A stretch of DNA of 64,000 nt from Octopus vulgaris (GCA_951406725.2 OX597822.1:110236001-110300000), one strand, 5' to 3'; positions 26,511 through 41,186 are shown, counted from the stretch's first letter. Translations and numbers: made by a program. The notes: generated by a model not told the origin, from the letters alone.

Positions 26511-28309
26511 TGTCTCCTTGTGTTTGCTTGTTTGAGTCAGTCTATGTGGATGGGTTTGTGTGACTATGTGCGTGCGTCTGTTATGTATGGATGTGTGCCT
26601 CCATGAGTCCTTGTCATGTCGGAACGTAAACTACCACAGGACGTCGGCGTCAGGGCACTGAAAAACATCATCATCTTTAATTAATTCATCATCTTTAAGG
26701 GTGGGAGTCGTTCCTTCCACCGTGGGTGGCACAACTTTGGGACATGCAGACGGCACATCATCTCCCCCATGCTATGACCCGCTCTTCTTCTTTCTTTTTT
26801 TTCTTTTCTTCCTGACTTCGGGAGAGTGCAGCTCTTCCGCTTCGTCCGGAGACTCTCCCCCGCCTCCCGAAGCCTTAGGTCCCTTGGGTGGGCAACTATT
26901 GTTGCCAGCCTTCTTCCTTTTTAATCCTTATCCACCTCTCCCTTTGACCGGGTAGGGGAGGTGGCATCCAGTGACTGTTCCAGGACCTTACCATGGTCCT
27001 GGGGACAGTTCATTTTAATGTGGCCTGGCTGCAGGCACGAGTGACAAGGCTTCACCCGGTTCAGGAATAGAATCCATGATAGTGCGAATGTGAACCCCAA
27101 ATCTTACTCATGAGATCAGGAACCATATACGTTTATATTTATATATTTATCAATATCGAATGACTGACTACCTTTTTGATAAAGGGACTACACAGCAAGA
27201 GGCACCTGTATTTAGCAGTGATAGCAGCGAATAAAATGTAGTTGAAATATTTTAAAGAATTATTTAGACTTAATTACTAATGGTCAACGAACTGTATTAT
27301 CTTTGATGTCACGAACTCAACTTTTAATGGTTAGCAAAGTTAACGGAAGAAAGAAGACAGTAAGTAGTATTTTAACAGATTAAAACCTTAACTAAATCCT
27401 ATAATTAGATTATCTTTGAGAAATAGTGAATTTTCTGAAAATACGTTAATTTAGAGTTTTCATCAATAGAAATAAGGATGAAATCTGTTAAACACAATAA
27501 AACAAACGAAGTAAAAAAAGCAACAAGAAAATAAAACAATAATAATAAAAACAAAACAGAAATGGCAACAGTAGGTTTCTGCACGACTTGAAATACAGAT
27601 GTCATAGAAACAACAAATTATTTACTATACCCCCTTTCTTCTGAATAGATTTCATTATCAGTATAAGCCCTTTATCTCTAGATCATTTTCTTCGAGCAAG
27701 GAATTAACTTTTGATCACATTTAAATTAAAATGTAGACATGAATATTCTTAAGAATTACAATTAACCACGAAAAAATTTAATCTTTTTCTCCGTGACGGT
27801 TTTAAATTGCTTAACATCTATAAAGCGAAGGCAACAAAATAAAGGAAGGTACTTTATTCATCTTTCAGATTCTCTTGTCTATAGAGAGTTCTAGAAGTGT
27901 CGAACAAAGATGCAGAACATAATCAAAACGTCATATGATTTATACCAAAAAAAAAAAAAAAACCAAAGAAAAAAAAACAGAGCTTTTGTTCTTCCATTAA
28001 CTTTATTGAAATATTTGAAGTCAGTATATGATCACAGCTTTAAAGAAGATATTTCTTGTATACTACAACTTTTTCAGGTCATAACATACACAAAAGAATG
28101 AAGAATTTCGTCTTTTATTGATTCATCTGCTGCAAAGACAAGAACAGCTATTTAATGATACGCCTTTATCAGTGACATAGAGTGAATATATTTTCCTCTT
28201 TAACAGTGTCTTTCTATCATGCCCTTTCTCTCATTTTATCACTTTCTCTCTTTCTGTTTTTTTGAATTCTCCTTCTGTCTATGTATCTCTCTCTGTTATG
28301 CTGTTTCCT

Positions 28310-28321
28310 CTATCTATCTAC

Positions 28322-28379
<58 letters not shown>

Positions 28380-28521
28380 GTCTGTCTGTCTGTCTATCTG
28401 TCTGTCTGTGTATCTACCTATCTGTCTATCTATCCATCTATATATCTATCTGTCCGTCCGTCCGTCTGTCTGTCTGTCAATCAATCAATCAATTTATCTA
28501 CCTATCTATCTATCTATCTAC

Positions 28522-28569
<48 letters not shown>

Positions 28570-28614
28570 ATCTATATATCTGTCTGTCTGTCTGTCTGTC
28601 TATCTACCTATCAG

Positions 28615-28667
<53 letters not shown>

Positions 28668-28790
28668 ATATCTATCCATCTATCTGTCTGTCTATCTGTC
28701 ATCTATCTGTCTGTCTATCTGTCTGTCTATCTATCTATCTATCCATCTATCTATCTATCTATCTATCCATCTATCTATCTATCCATCTTT
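28310..28790. repeat. (TCTA)n/(TCTG)n microsatellite
   Basis: Visible directly; source of the YLSI-repeat ORFs. Confidence 0.97.
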
Positions 28791-29247
28791 ATAGCTCAAC
28801 CTTTCTATCTATTCATCTTTTCCATCTCTTCATCTTTTCTAAGTATTTCTCTCTCCGTTTCTGCTTATTTATCTTCCTGTCTCTTTCACTACCCATTTCT
28901 CTCTTTACTCCTCCCTTTCGTTCACACTCTGAATATATGTTCAAACACTATTCCAAATATTTTTCTTTATATTTAATCCTAATCTCCTGCCAAGCATGGA
29001 GTCTCTAAATGGTCATGTGACCTACTAAATAGATTAGCCAACAAAATCTCCAAATTACTCAGCTGTCTTAAAAATGAGAAATGGAATGACAAATAAGTTA
29101 TTGCAGTCGTAGACAAACCAGGCCAGCAAGAAGACTGGATGATCATAGATGGAACGTCTTTTATCATAGGATCGCGCGAAAAGAGTTCTTTGGGATGCAC
29201 AACAATAGCGACAACTCTGATTGTCATTATTACTAACATGTAAGACA

Positions 29248-29645
29248 ATGAGTTGGCAGAATTGTTAGCACGCCGGGCAAAATGCTTAGTGGTATTTCGT
29301 CAGCGGTTACGTTCTGGGTTCAAATTCCGCCGAGGTTGACTTTGCCTTTCATCCTTTCGGGGTCGATTAAATAAGTACCAGTTACGCACTGGGGTCGATA
29401 TAATCAACTTAATCCGTTTGTCTGTCCTTGTTCGTCCCCTCTGAGTTTAGCCCCTAGTGGGTAGTAAAGAAATAGAAATAGGTATTTCTCCCATCTGTAC
29501 GTTCTGAGTTCAAATTACGCCGAGGTCGACTTTGCCTTTCATCCTTTCGGGGTCGACAAATTAAGTGCCAATCAAGTACTGGGGTCGATGTAATTGACTT
29601 ATCCTCTTCTCCAAAATTGCTGCCCTTGTGGCAAAATTTGAAACC
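29248..29645 (+). mobile_element. SINE family A, tandem dimer
   Basis: Two successive Nin/Deu-like cores joined at gaaataggtatttc. Confidence 0.88.
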
Positions 29646-29919
29646 ATCATTATCAACATGTACAAATATACACGTACACACACTCACTCGTACACGGTAA
29701 TATAAATATTATCCAGTGCATTAAATTGTACAAGAGAATCTACTCATCTACGATGGAGGCATAAAATAAGGGAGGGAAGTCATAACAGCGGTATGTATTG
29801 AGAAATGTGTAGATGCATTTCATAGATTACTGAGCGATGTCTTAGAGAAATCACATTATTGTCGGTGATACAGCATTGTATTGCAGTTATATGACATGTG
29901 TTTGCAACTAAGGGACATG

Positions 29920-30271
29920 TTAGTTAGTTAGTTAGTTAATTTTTGGCTCAAAAGCAAATAGCAAGGCCATGTAGGGGGACATGGAGTTAAGTATAGGGAG
30001 GTGTTCATGTAAAGAGTTCAGGCCACTTGAGGTCAAGGGAGACTTTGAACCGAGCGGTCGTCGGCATCTTCACCATCTCGTCTGGCAGCTTGTTCCACGG
30101 ATCCGCAACCCGGACGGAGAAAGCCCCCTCTCCTTCGATTGAGATGAAATCGTCGCAGGTAGAGCTTTTCGGAATGACCCCGCAGCCGACGCTCTGGAGC
30201 AGGAGTGAAGAACAGCTCTTTCGAGAGATTACACTTTCCGCTTATGATGTTGTGAGCGAGAATGAGATCAC
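29920..30271 (-). mobile_element. CR1-clade LINE 3' end
   Basis: Minus strand translates RLRGHSEKLYLRRFHLNRR..GAFSVRVADPWNKLPDEMVKMPTTARFKVSLD, followed by a (TAAC)n tail. Confidence 0.85.
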
Positions 30272-30999
30272 CACATGTAATGGCGATTCACTCCCGAACT
30301 GAAACAAGCTCCTTACCTCTATATCATCAATGGTTATGTAGACCACTCCTAACGAAGGCCAGATCTTCCTTCAACCACTATATAAAAAGTATTAAAGAAT
30401 AAAAATGTTATTTAGATATACTTTCATTTTAGTTGTTTGCACTATTTTACGCTTGATTATACTCTTATACATTCAAAGTTCACGAATTTCCTTATTTAAA
30501 TTATGAATCCTATTCCTTTCGATAATATCAATATGATTACAAAACTTCTTTGTAGACAATATTTTCTGTTTGGTCGACACTAATTTTCAAATTACTGGAG
30601 TCCGTTGCTTTACTCATAGTGACGTGTAACAGGCCGTGTATAAACATCGGAGTGGGTAAAAATACACCTACACGATCAAAAGTCTGGCCCGGTGCCTTGT
30701 TAGCTGTGACTGTGCGAGTGGATTCTTTAGGGCTGCAAAAAATGAAACTACGACTTACCTCTCACTGTTCTATGTGATTAATGTCTGGGATGTTCTGGTA
30801 CCATGGGTTATTGTGATTGACAGAACTGAAATGTAAACAACAGCCGCTTCGATTAGCCGTTTCAAATCCTGCTCGAGACTGACACACTTCAATAACCATT
30901 AAATAATCACTTACGCTATATACTGACACGCACTTTTCCATTTTATTTTCGATTTTAACCGTCTTTGCGACCCCCTTCATATCTACGATGGGGCCAGAG

Positions 31000-31545
31000 T
31001 TACCCGTGGAAGGTGAATTTTTAATAAAAATACGATATCCACGAAATAATCATGCTTCCTGATTTTTTGAATGCTAAAAACCTTTCTGACCACCGTCTTT
31101 GTAATCCCGAAAAATATCGTAACCGTTGGTCGAGCCGTCTGGCCGTGAAGAGTGAACAAAGAGACAGGCAGACGGACATACCGACGAACATAACGCCCAT
31201 TATAGTAAGACAGCAAATCTACCCATCTACAATGGGAAATAAAAGGATAGTATCGCAAATCTAAACCCTTTAAATTCACGAACTATACCGGGTGGAGTGG
31301 GGGAAGAAACCAGAGTTAATCCTCGTCGCCGGAATTTTAGCAAAAATAAATCAAAGGCGATTTATTGATACAAAACTCAATATCTACTAAATAATCATAC
31401 TTCACATATTTTTTTTATTCCGCTAAAAACCCTTCTGATTATCTCCTTCATAATCCCGAAAAATATCATGACCATTGGTCCAGCCGTTTGACCGCGAAGA
31501 GGGAACAGACAGACAAACGGACATAACACCCATTATAGTAAGATA
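31000..31545 (+). mobile_element. Two tandem Helitron-like non-autonomous 3' ends
   Basis: taatcccgaaaaatatc...ggacata..cccattatagtaaga occurs at ~31075-31210 and ~31425-31543. Confidence 0.55.
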
Positions 31546-31579
31546 TTCTTCTATGGTCTGCAATATCCACCATATTTTT

Positions 31580-31789
31580 TTTTTTTACTTGTTTCAGTCA
31601 TTTGACTGCGGCCATGCTGGAGCACCGCCTTTAATCGAGCCACTCGACCCCGGGACTTATTCTTTGTAAGCGTAGTACTTATTCTATCGGTCTCTTTTGC
31701 CGAACCGCTAATTGACGGGGAAATAAACACACCAGCATCGGTTGTCAAGCAATGCTAGGGGGACAAACACAGACACACAAACACACACT

Positions 31790-31837
<48 letters not shown>

Positions 31838-32008
31838 CATATATACGACGAGCTTCTTTCAGTTTCCGTCTACCAAATCCACTCACAAGGCTTTGATCGG
31901 CCCGAGGCTATAGTAGAAGACACTTGCCCAAGGTGCCACGCAGTGGGAATGAACCCGGAACCATGTGGTTGGTAAACAAGCTACTTACCACACAGCCACT
32001 CCAGCGCC
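31580..32008 (-). mobile_element. SINE family B
   Basis: Reverse complement of 63-474 and 2071-2503. Confidence 0.9.
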
Positions 32009-32239
32009 TATGCTGAGCAATACCATTGGTTTCAGGGAATGGAGACTTGTAAGTTGTACCGCTCATCCTATAACAAGAGATATTGCTTTAGTAAGTTAAA
32101 TATAAAAAATGGATAGTCAGAATATATCACAAGCTTCTTTAAATTGGAGCCTTATCATACTTGTATCATATACGTTACACGTTCAATAATAGAAGACAAT
32201 CATTCTATTAGATCACACTCTATAGCTATATAATCCTTT

Positions 32240-32403
32240 CTATTGTGAGCACAAGGCCTGAAAGTTTTGGAGAGTGGGTAAGTCGATTATATTGACCCCA
32301 TGTTCAAGTGGCACCTATTTTATTGACCCTGAAAGGATGAAAGACAAAGTAGACGTCGGTGGCATTTGAACAACTTGCTAACGACTCCGCAAACTCTGCG
32401 CCT
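32240..32403 (-). mobile_element. SINE family A, old deleted copy
   Basis: gaccctgaaaggatgaaagacaaagtagacgtcggtggcatttgaa. Confidence 0.75.
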
Positions 32404-32469
32404 TATTAAAGCAATATAACGGTGTTAAAACACATGAATTTCTAAGTTTTCACTAATCTTTATCTTCTA

Positions 32470-32870
32470 TCTTTTTCTTGTTTCAGTCATTAGACTGCAG
32501 CCATGCTGGGAAACCGCCTTGAAGAAGTTTTAGTCGAATGCATAGACCCCCGTTATTGTTTTTGTTAAGCCTGGAACTTATTCTAACGGATACTTTTGGC
32601 CGAATCGCTAAGTTACGGGGAAAGTAAACACACCAAAACCGGTTGTTAAGCGAGTGTGGGAAGCAAACTCGGACACAAACACACACACACACACACACAC
32701 ACATACACACACACACGAAGGGCTTCTTTCAGTTTCCGTCCACCAAACGCACTTGCAAGGCTTTGTCGACCCGATGCTATAACAGAAAACATTTGACCAA
32801 GATACAACGCAGTGGGATTGAATCCGGAACCATTCGACAGCGAGGCAAACTTCTTACCTCGCAACCACAC
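32470..32870 (-). mobile_element. SINE family B, older copy
   Basis: gtttcagtcattagactgcagccatgctgg...gggcttctttcagtttccgtc. Confidence 0.82.
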
Positions 32871-32992
32871 TTAAAACTTGTATTTAACCAAGAGGGAATG
32901 AGCTGTAACCATGACTAGCAACATCTGTAAGTTGAAAGAGAGAAATATAGACAGGGGAGCCCTCCATAGGTCCAATGTTCTGAGGCACTATA

Positions 32993-33023
<31 letters not shown>

Positions 33024-33097
33024 ATATTAGGGAATAAATCCAAATTTACAGGGAAAAATCAGATTTAGGACTGAATCCAATTTTATAGTAAAATATG

Positions 33098-33345
33098 ATA
33101 TAATATTAATTAGAGACAAAACCACTATTATGCAAATCAAACAAAGAAAGACTTAATCCAATACATAAACAATTTTATATAAATTAAATAAAATTAAATT
33201 CGCCACTACAATTGTTTCGTGTCTCTTCTAAGGACATTCATCAGGCGAATTTAATTTTATTTAATTTATATAAATTTTTTTATGTATTGGATTAAGTTTT
33301 TCTTTGTTTGATTTGCATAATAGTCGTTTTGTCTCTAATTAATAT

Positions 33346-33350
<5 letters not shown>
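33098..33350. repeat. Foldback palindrome with ~107-bp arms between (TA)n tracts
   Basis: atataatattaattagagacaaaacc...aaattcgcc pairs with ggcgaattt...ttttgtctctaattaatattatat. Confidence 0.92.
33205..33247 (-). ncRNA. Minimal type I hammerhead ribozyme motif
   Basis: Minus strand: cgc-CTGATGA-a-tgtc-cttagaaga-gaca-c-GAAAC-aatt-GTA-gtg. Canonical core, palindromic loop III (acaattgt), GUA cleavage triplet. Confidence 0.7.
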
Positions 33351-33395
<45 letters not shown>

Positions 33396-33742
33396 GGTTA
33401 GTGCAGTGGGTTGAGGTTAGCACAAAAGGGGGGACGTCTAGAAGTGAGATGAGTAAGACAGGTATATGTAAGTGGAAATTTGTATGATATCAGTTATCTC
33501 TGAAAAGAACAAGTCAATGTATTGAAGGTAGAAATGACAAAGAGAGGAGAAAGCTTGTCTCTGAGTCAGAAGATGAACAGCAGCCTTTAGAATCTGGAGT
33601 AACTGAATCTCGCCTGATTGAGGCATTTTATCTAAAGGGGTTCTTGAAATCCGAGTCGATACCCAACCGAACAGTTGTCGTCGGACTGCAAGTCATACAA
33701 CTGTCAATAAATTTGTATCTAGAAGTAATTTGTTTGTTTGTT

Positions 33743-33774
<32 letters not shown>

Positions 33775-33812
33775 AGTGTGTGTATGTATATGTTTGTGTG
33801 TGTGTGAGTGTT

Positions 33813-33843
<31 letters not shown>

Positions 33844-34494
33844 ATGTGTGTGTAGTAGCATGTGCATGTTTCAATGTAATCTATTTAATATTGATAGCAA
33901 AATTATTTCCCTACTTTACATTTCTATTCATGCTAGAAAATTATGTAGAACTAATTGAAACACTTGTATCTTTGGCCGTGCATGGAAGCATTAAAACGCC
34001 AGTGTCTTCATTCGTAAATTGTTCCTTTCTAGGTACAGTTGCTTTTTTATGCCTTCTCCTTACCATCCTACTCGTGTTTTTTCCCTTTAACTTTCCTTGA
34101 GACTCTGGCTTTTACTACCTTCTCTCTCCATTTCCCAGTTTTTCTTTTCTTTGTCCACCTTGTGTTCCAGACTTCCGATCCTTACACATCATCTCCTGCT
34201 TTGGATCATTCACTCCACTCCTCACTCATATCTTTTCCTAATCTCAATTTCACTCCCGTCGATTCCAATCGGATTTTCTTAGAGACAAAGGTTGTGCACT
34301 GAGACTTTGCGCGGGACATAGTGTTACAGCAGTTAAATCGAACAAGGGACCACCTTGTCTAGATAAAGTGAATATAATAACATACTCAGAGGCCATTAAC
34401 TACTTCGATTTCTTATCATGTATGTCAGTGATGTCAGTCTGTAAGTATTCATTCCTCTTCAAGTGTTGATTCAAGCCTTATAAACTAAGGAAAT

Positions 34495-34881
34495 GGTAGA
34501 GGCGCAATGGCCCAGTGGTTAGGGCAGCGGACTCGCGGTGGTAGGATCGCGGTTTCGATTCCCAGAGCGGGCGTTGTGAGTGTTTATTGAGCGAAAACAC
34601 CTAAAGTTCCACGAGGCTCAAGCAGGGGATGGTGGCGATTTCTGCTGTACTCTTTCGCCACAACTTTCTCTCACTCTTACTTCCTGTTTCTGTTGTACCT
34701 GTATTTCAAAGGGCCGGCCTTGTCACTCCCTGTGTCACGTTGAATATCCCCGAGAACTACGTTAATGGTGCACGTGTCTGTGGAGTCCTCAGCCACTTAC
34801 ACGTTAATTTCACGAGCAGGCTGTTCCGTTGATAGGATCAACCGGAACCCTCGTCGTCGTAACCGACGGAGTGCTTCCACC
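34495..34881 (+). mobile_element. SINE family D, tail type i
   Basis: Near-identical to 5357-5740; TSD actaaggaaat at 34484 and 34882. Confidence 0.93.
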
Positions 34882-37287
34882 ACTAAGGAAATTGGTGTTC
34901 AGTGTTGTAATTACAACAGCCAGCTGTAGTTGCCACGTAATGAATGTAATATAATGAAATAGTTAGGTACTTCTTTTTACTTGAAACTGTGCTAAGAAAA
35001 TGAAAATTAGTCACCGACTGACTGTTTAACACACTTTTAATTAGGCTTGTCGCAATATTTCGTCTCAGTATAAGTGATACGAAGGAAATTAAATGGCTCC
35101 GACTGTGAATCGAAGCTATGTCGCTGACTAGGCTCACCAAGAACCAAACTCTAATCTTTCGGTAATCTTCTGCTAATATTCCAAACATAGGAACTTTTCA
35201 TTGCACTTCAGTCAAAATCCCTTCTATTTTGTACTTATTGCTATGTCAGAGGTTTTAAAATAATCCCGATTCCTAATTCTTTGGAAAGCCTACTTTAAAG
35301 TTTTGACATGGAAAACAGAATAAACTAACAAAACAAAAAAAAACAATTTTGGTTATAATTTATTTGGCATCTTTCTGTATGAATATAAGATTTAAACTAA
35401 GCTAAAGCATTCATGGAAATAATCCCAGTCTTTTGTCACGAAAACAATAATTCAGAAAATATATATTAAAAACAAAATTTTCTTTATATTTAAGTGGAGT
35501 TAATCTGTTTTTTCAATCAAACTAATATCTTTTAAATGGTATATTTTGTCAAATAACTAAATTCTTTCATTAATCGATGTAATTTTCCATTTCTGTTTAA
35601 ATACTATTGTACAGATTTACTTCTCAGATTTTAATTGATTCTGGAATTTTGCATGTGATCACAAGAGAGTTTTTGTTAGCTTTGTTTGCTATTTATATTT
35701 TCGTTCACATTAATGCAATCACTGAAACCGTTTTTAACTCGAACCACCTTTTTTCCATTTTTACACGTAGGTTTTTTATTTTACTTTAAGTATTCAGTCT
35801 GTTTTGAGTTGCAACTTTCTGTGGAAACAACTTCAAAAAATATTTCCCTCATTTTGTTTGGTTTATCTTATTTTTTATCTTTTCTGTTAACGCCATTATG
35901 AAAAGACACGGACTGTCTCAGTATACACACGCACGTACACATTCATGCGCACACATTTACGTCACATAAAGACACGGACACACCGACACACTCATATGTA
36001 AAGTTACTACAAATGTTGGTCAAAGGGCAAAGGTTTCGGTAGAGACGAATTTGTTTACTTTTCCCTTTCTTTGTGTGTGTCTCGGCTTAGTTTATAACTG
36101 AGTCACTTTCCGGTTGAATGACAGAAGATATTTAGAACAGGAAATCGATATCATCATCATCATTATCATCATCATCGTCATAAGCTGCATCCTCACAACA
36201 GCCACGATCATCATCAGCAACATCATCAACACAAAACAGCAAAGAGGCCGCGTATCTTAAAGGTTAGACGCTTTAGAATTTGCAGCTAAATCTCCCTGCT
36301 GAATGATGTAACCTTAAAATGATTTGAAAGCAAGAAAACTGCTGGTGTTACAACAGAAAGCAAACAGCACAAAGAACAATAATAACAACTAAAAAATATA
36401 CATTTTACTTTAGGTTCCAATATGGTGCAGCCACCTGGGACATGATTTCCGGTTACCGCAAAAGCAAACAGAAAGTGACCTCAACTATTCCTTCCATGAC
36501 GCCGAGTCACACATTGAACGTAGGCTCACTTAGCGAGGCCACTCTCACCATTACCACACTCTGTTTTTTTAACAGATTTACTGGAGGGCATCACTTTTTC
36601 TCCCTCTCCCCTTCATATTCTAATGATACAAAAGTTGATAAGGGATTAATCGTAGAGGAAAAGAAATGTATTCCGTCCTCTCATACAACTTGTTTTGCAA
36701 TAACCACCAAATACAGGATATTTGCCGCACGTCTTTGAAGAAGTAAGACAGCAAGATGATCTTTATGACAAAATCGGTGAGGACATAGTAACTATTCGAT
36801 ATAAGTCCACCAGTTAGTAATATTCGGACGTAGAAAATTCGCAAAACATTTCGTCGTCCTTTGCACATTCCTGTTTCACATCGGCCGAGGCTTCCTGCAC
36901 ATCCTCTTTTGAGGTCATACGAAAATATCCCTCTCTTTTTGGAAAAAGAGGGCTATCAAATTCTCCTCTCTGCAGACCAGAATATTGCAAAGACAGAAAA
37001 CGTGGAAATTGGGAAATAACAAAACCCAATATTGGAAATGAAACGCATCCAGAGAGCCGCAAAGTTGAGTGTGGTACCTAATGTGATCAGTGCAACTGAG
37101 ACCATCTTAAAGAAAGCAATATTCTCGCATGAAACGTGCAAAGACCAAACTTCATAGAAAGTACTCAGTTGGTAGCATAACTTGAAACAGGATATGTTTT
37201 GAGGAAAGTGTAGCGACTCTAAGCTGCGAACAGGAGCTAGGACGTGACAGAAATAATTCGGAAGAAAGGGAAATAGAAATAATAATA

Positions 37288-37501
37288 ATCCTTTCCACTT
37301 AAGGCACAAGGCCTGAAATTTTGGGGGAGGGTGCTAGTCGATTATATCGACCCCAGTGTTTCACTGCTACTTAAATTATTGACCCCAAAAGGGTGAAAGG
37401 CAAAGTCGGCATCATTGGAATTTGAAGTCAGAATGTAGCGGCAGACAAAATACCACTAAGCATTTCGCCCGGGGTGCTAACGAATCTGCCAGCTCACCTC
37501 C

Positions 37502-37549
<48 letters not shown>

Positions 37550-37756
37550 GTTGTTTCAAATTTTTGCCACAAGGGCAGCAGTTTTGGGGGAGGGGATGAG
37601 TCGACGCCAGTGCTCAAATGGTACTTATTTTATCGACCTCAAAAGGATAAAAGGTAAAGTCGACCTCGGCGGAATTTGGATTCAGAACGTAGCAACGGGC
37701 GAAATGCCGCTAAGCATTTTTACCGGCGCTCTATCGATTCTGATAGCTTGCCACCT
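37288..37756 (-). mobile_element. Two SINE family A copies separated by (AAT)n
   Basis: Cores at ~37380 and ~37635. Confidence 0.82.
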
Positions 37757-37761
37757 TGATG

Positions 37762-38508
<747 letters not shown>

Positions 38509-38819
38509 CCACCACAATAATTGGCTACAAGCAGCCAATAAATATAAGATGGATTGTATCGCTTATTTATGATACTGGGGACCTAATACTCATTCCACAT
38601 TTTCCTGTCTTTCCGTTGGGAAACCCAGGCTGATATAACTATAGTTTACTGTTAGCCACCGAGATAAAGACGTTTCATAGGTTGATTACAATTAAAACTG
38701 CTAATATGTTATTATTCGTCTTTCTGAATAGATTATGCATAATACTGTTTTCTATCCAGATTACCAGAAAGTTTAGCGCCCCGTGTGATTGGTCTCCTAC
38801 GTGAGAGATCTTCAGCCAT

Positions 38820-39122
38820 TTTTTTTATTTTTTATTTATGGGCCCTTTTCAAGCCTAGCCAGGCTCATGGATCCGGTTTCCCGGTTTCTATGGCGTATGT
38901 GTTCCCCCCTCCCTCAGCTGGACGGGATGCCAGACCATCGCAGTGGTACTCTAGAAAGAAGAAGAAAGAGTGAAAGAAACTTGGGGCGAAAGAGTACAAC
39001 AGGGGTCGCCGCCATCCACTGCCGGAGCCTCGTGAAGTTTTCGCTCAATAAACACGCACAACGCCCGCTCTGGGAATCGAAACCGCGATCCTCCGACCGC
39101 GAGTCCGTTGCTCTAACCACTG
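38820..39122 (-). mobile_element. SINE family D head with tail type ii
   Basis: Collinear with 19167-19487. Confidence 0.85.
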
Positions 39123-39204
39123 CCACTTACCTACTTATTTTCTGGGTTCAATTATTTATTTGTTCTGTTTATTTTCCAATATATGCTCCCATGTAATATT
39201 AATT

Positions 39205-39420
39205 TTAAAATTTTGGCGCAAGGCCAGCAATTTCGGGGGAAGGAATAAATTGATTACATCGATCCACAGTGCTCGATGTAAGTGCTGGTACTTATTTTAT
39301 CGACCCGAAACAAGTTAAAGCACAGTCGACCTCGGCAGAATTTGAACTCAGAACGTAAAGGCAGACGAAATGCTGCTCAGATTATTTGCTCCGCATGCCA
39401 ACGGTTCTGTCAGTTCGCAG
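39205..39420 (-). mobile_element. SINE family A, older copy
   Basis: gtcgacctcggcagaatttgaactcagaacgtaaag. Confidence 0.8.
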
Positions 39421-40737
39421 TTAATGTTCGTAATATTTTGAATTAATTATTTTTTATTGATTTACTCAAAAATATATATCAATTTATCAAAACTCTACCT
39501 CATCAAAATTTCATTGAACTTTAACCTTTGACTTGTTTTGCAGATTGGGAATTCTTGATTCTGGTATTCCTTCTCACGATTATCTTATATTTCACCAGGA
39601 ATATCTCTCTATTCTGGAGAGAAGACTAAGCGATCCATTATTCTTTGAATATTTATTTTCCAATCAAAAGGGAAATGGATTTTATTCTTCCTAAAATATA
39701 TTCTTGAAAGCAATGCCTATTAAGTCAGGTTGTACTAATTGGCTTGAAGAATGTCATGGTTTCGCATCATTACATCATCAATTCCATCTTCTAATGATAT
39801 TGAAAAAAAAAAAAGAAATCAACCGTAACAAACACTATCTGTTCGAAGATTATTATTAATTTCGATCATCGAGATTTAACATGCATCTTTTATGTGGGTC
39901 TGCATTACGTTACATGTTCCCTCAGGATAGATTCTGTTCAAGCTTAACGTCGATTTTCGTCTTTGTTAAATTAGTGAAGGTGCAAATAATTTTTTTCACC
40001 TTATTACTTCCTTCATTGCGACCTAGTTTCCTATGTTTAAGTTACTGGCATGGGCAACAGCTACTATGCTTATTTGATATTTTTTTAGGTACTATATTGT
40101 TCGTAGAAGTAATTTGTGCATTGTTAATGGAACAAACATTGAAGCCGTGTCTGCTGGAGTTACTGCATTAGAGCTGTTCTCTTGTTAAATGTTCGTCGGC
40201 GTAAATATTTTACAGGCATTTCCTGTTCGTGTTTACAGTGAGTCTTCAAATGATAAATGTTTGAAACACGGCATTAGCATACTGCTTTGTAAATACCGCG
40301 AATAATATAGCGAAAATAGTATGAGAGTCCTTATGAGATTTTGAAAGTGTAGGTAATACATTACATATATTATACCCAACCACGCATATATTACATATAT
40401 ATGTATGTATATATACATACACACAAGCACAAATATGATATAAAACAAACGGACATATATGTGTGTCTGTGGCTGCGGCATACATATGTATGTGTGGGTG
40501 TATGGGTGGGTGTATGTGTGCATGTTTATGTGTGTATGTGCGTTTGTATAAACGTAGATAAATACAATATACACGGGCGTATGAAAAGATCCGCGTGCAT
40601 ATTTATCTAACTATCTCTCTATATATATAGCTGCACAATATATGCGTATATATATGTACACACATATATATATACACATATATATGTATATACGCACAAT
40701 TATATACCTTTATATATATTTATATATGAATAATGAA

Positions 40738-40780
<43 letters not shown>

Positions 40781-40791
40781 ATTATTATTAT

Positions 40792-41186
40792 TATTATTTT
40801 CGGAATGGTCATTTTGCCAGTTTAGCCAATAAAAACACACGCACTATATATTTGGTGTTACTTTGCTTGAATGTTATTCATTTTTTACATTAATCTTAAT
40901 CTTATTTCGGCCAGAGTTCTTTCGTCACACTCCTGTGACCGCACCAGTGGTCCTTTGTTTTCTTCTTTCTTATTTGTGTCTCTCCTTACTAACCGTCAGC
41001 CATTTTGTATTTCTATTGTACGTCTTCTTTTGCGCATGCTTATATCTCTATGTGCGTCTATGTTTATTCAGTGTGTGTGTGTGGGGGGGGGGCTGTAATA
41101 TTTGTATCTTCTGTTTATATACGTTCATGTAATTTGTTTTTGTTCATTAGCTCAACTGGCAAAATGACCATTCCGAAATATAATAA
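40792..41186. repeat. Microsatellite-embedded element with ~45-bp inverted termini
   Basis: tttcggaatggtcattttgccagtt at 40798 and aactggcaaaatgaccattccgaaa at 41154. Confidence 0.8.

Noticed and set aside
26640-27040. GC-rich block with a Lys/Arg/Glu-rich minus-strand reading, possibly a LINE ORF1 fragment
   Set aside because: No diagnostic motif recognised, so it cannot be assigned
36720-37160. Protein-like stretch including RKYPSLFGKR (amidated neuropeptide-like) on the + strand
   Set aside because: It is a single motif bounded by in-frame stops, with no signal peptide or convincing splice sites; likely chance or decayed unidentified coding sequence
39544-39695. Acceptor-like ttgttttgcag followed by short open frames, one hydrophobic
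   Set aside because: No recognisable homology and no supporting upstream exon
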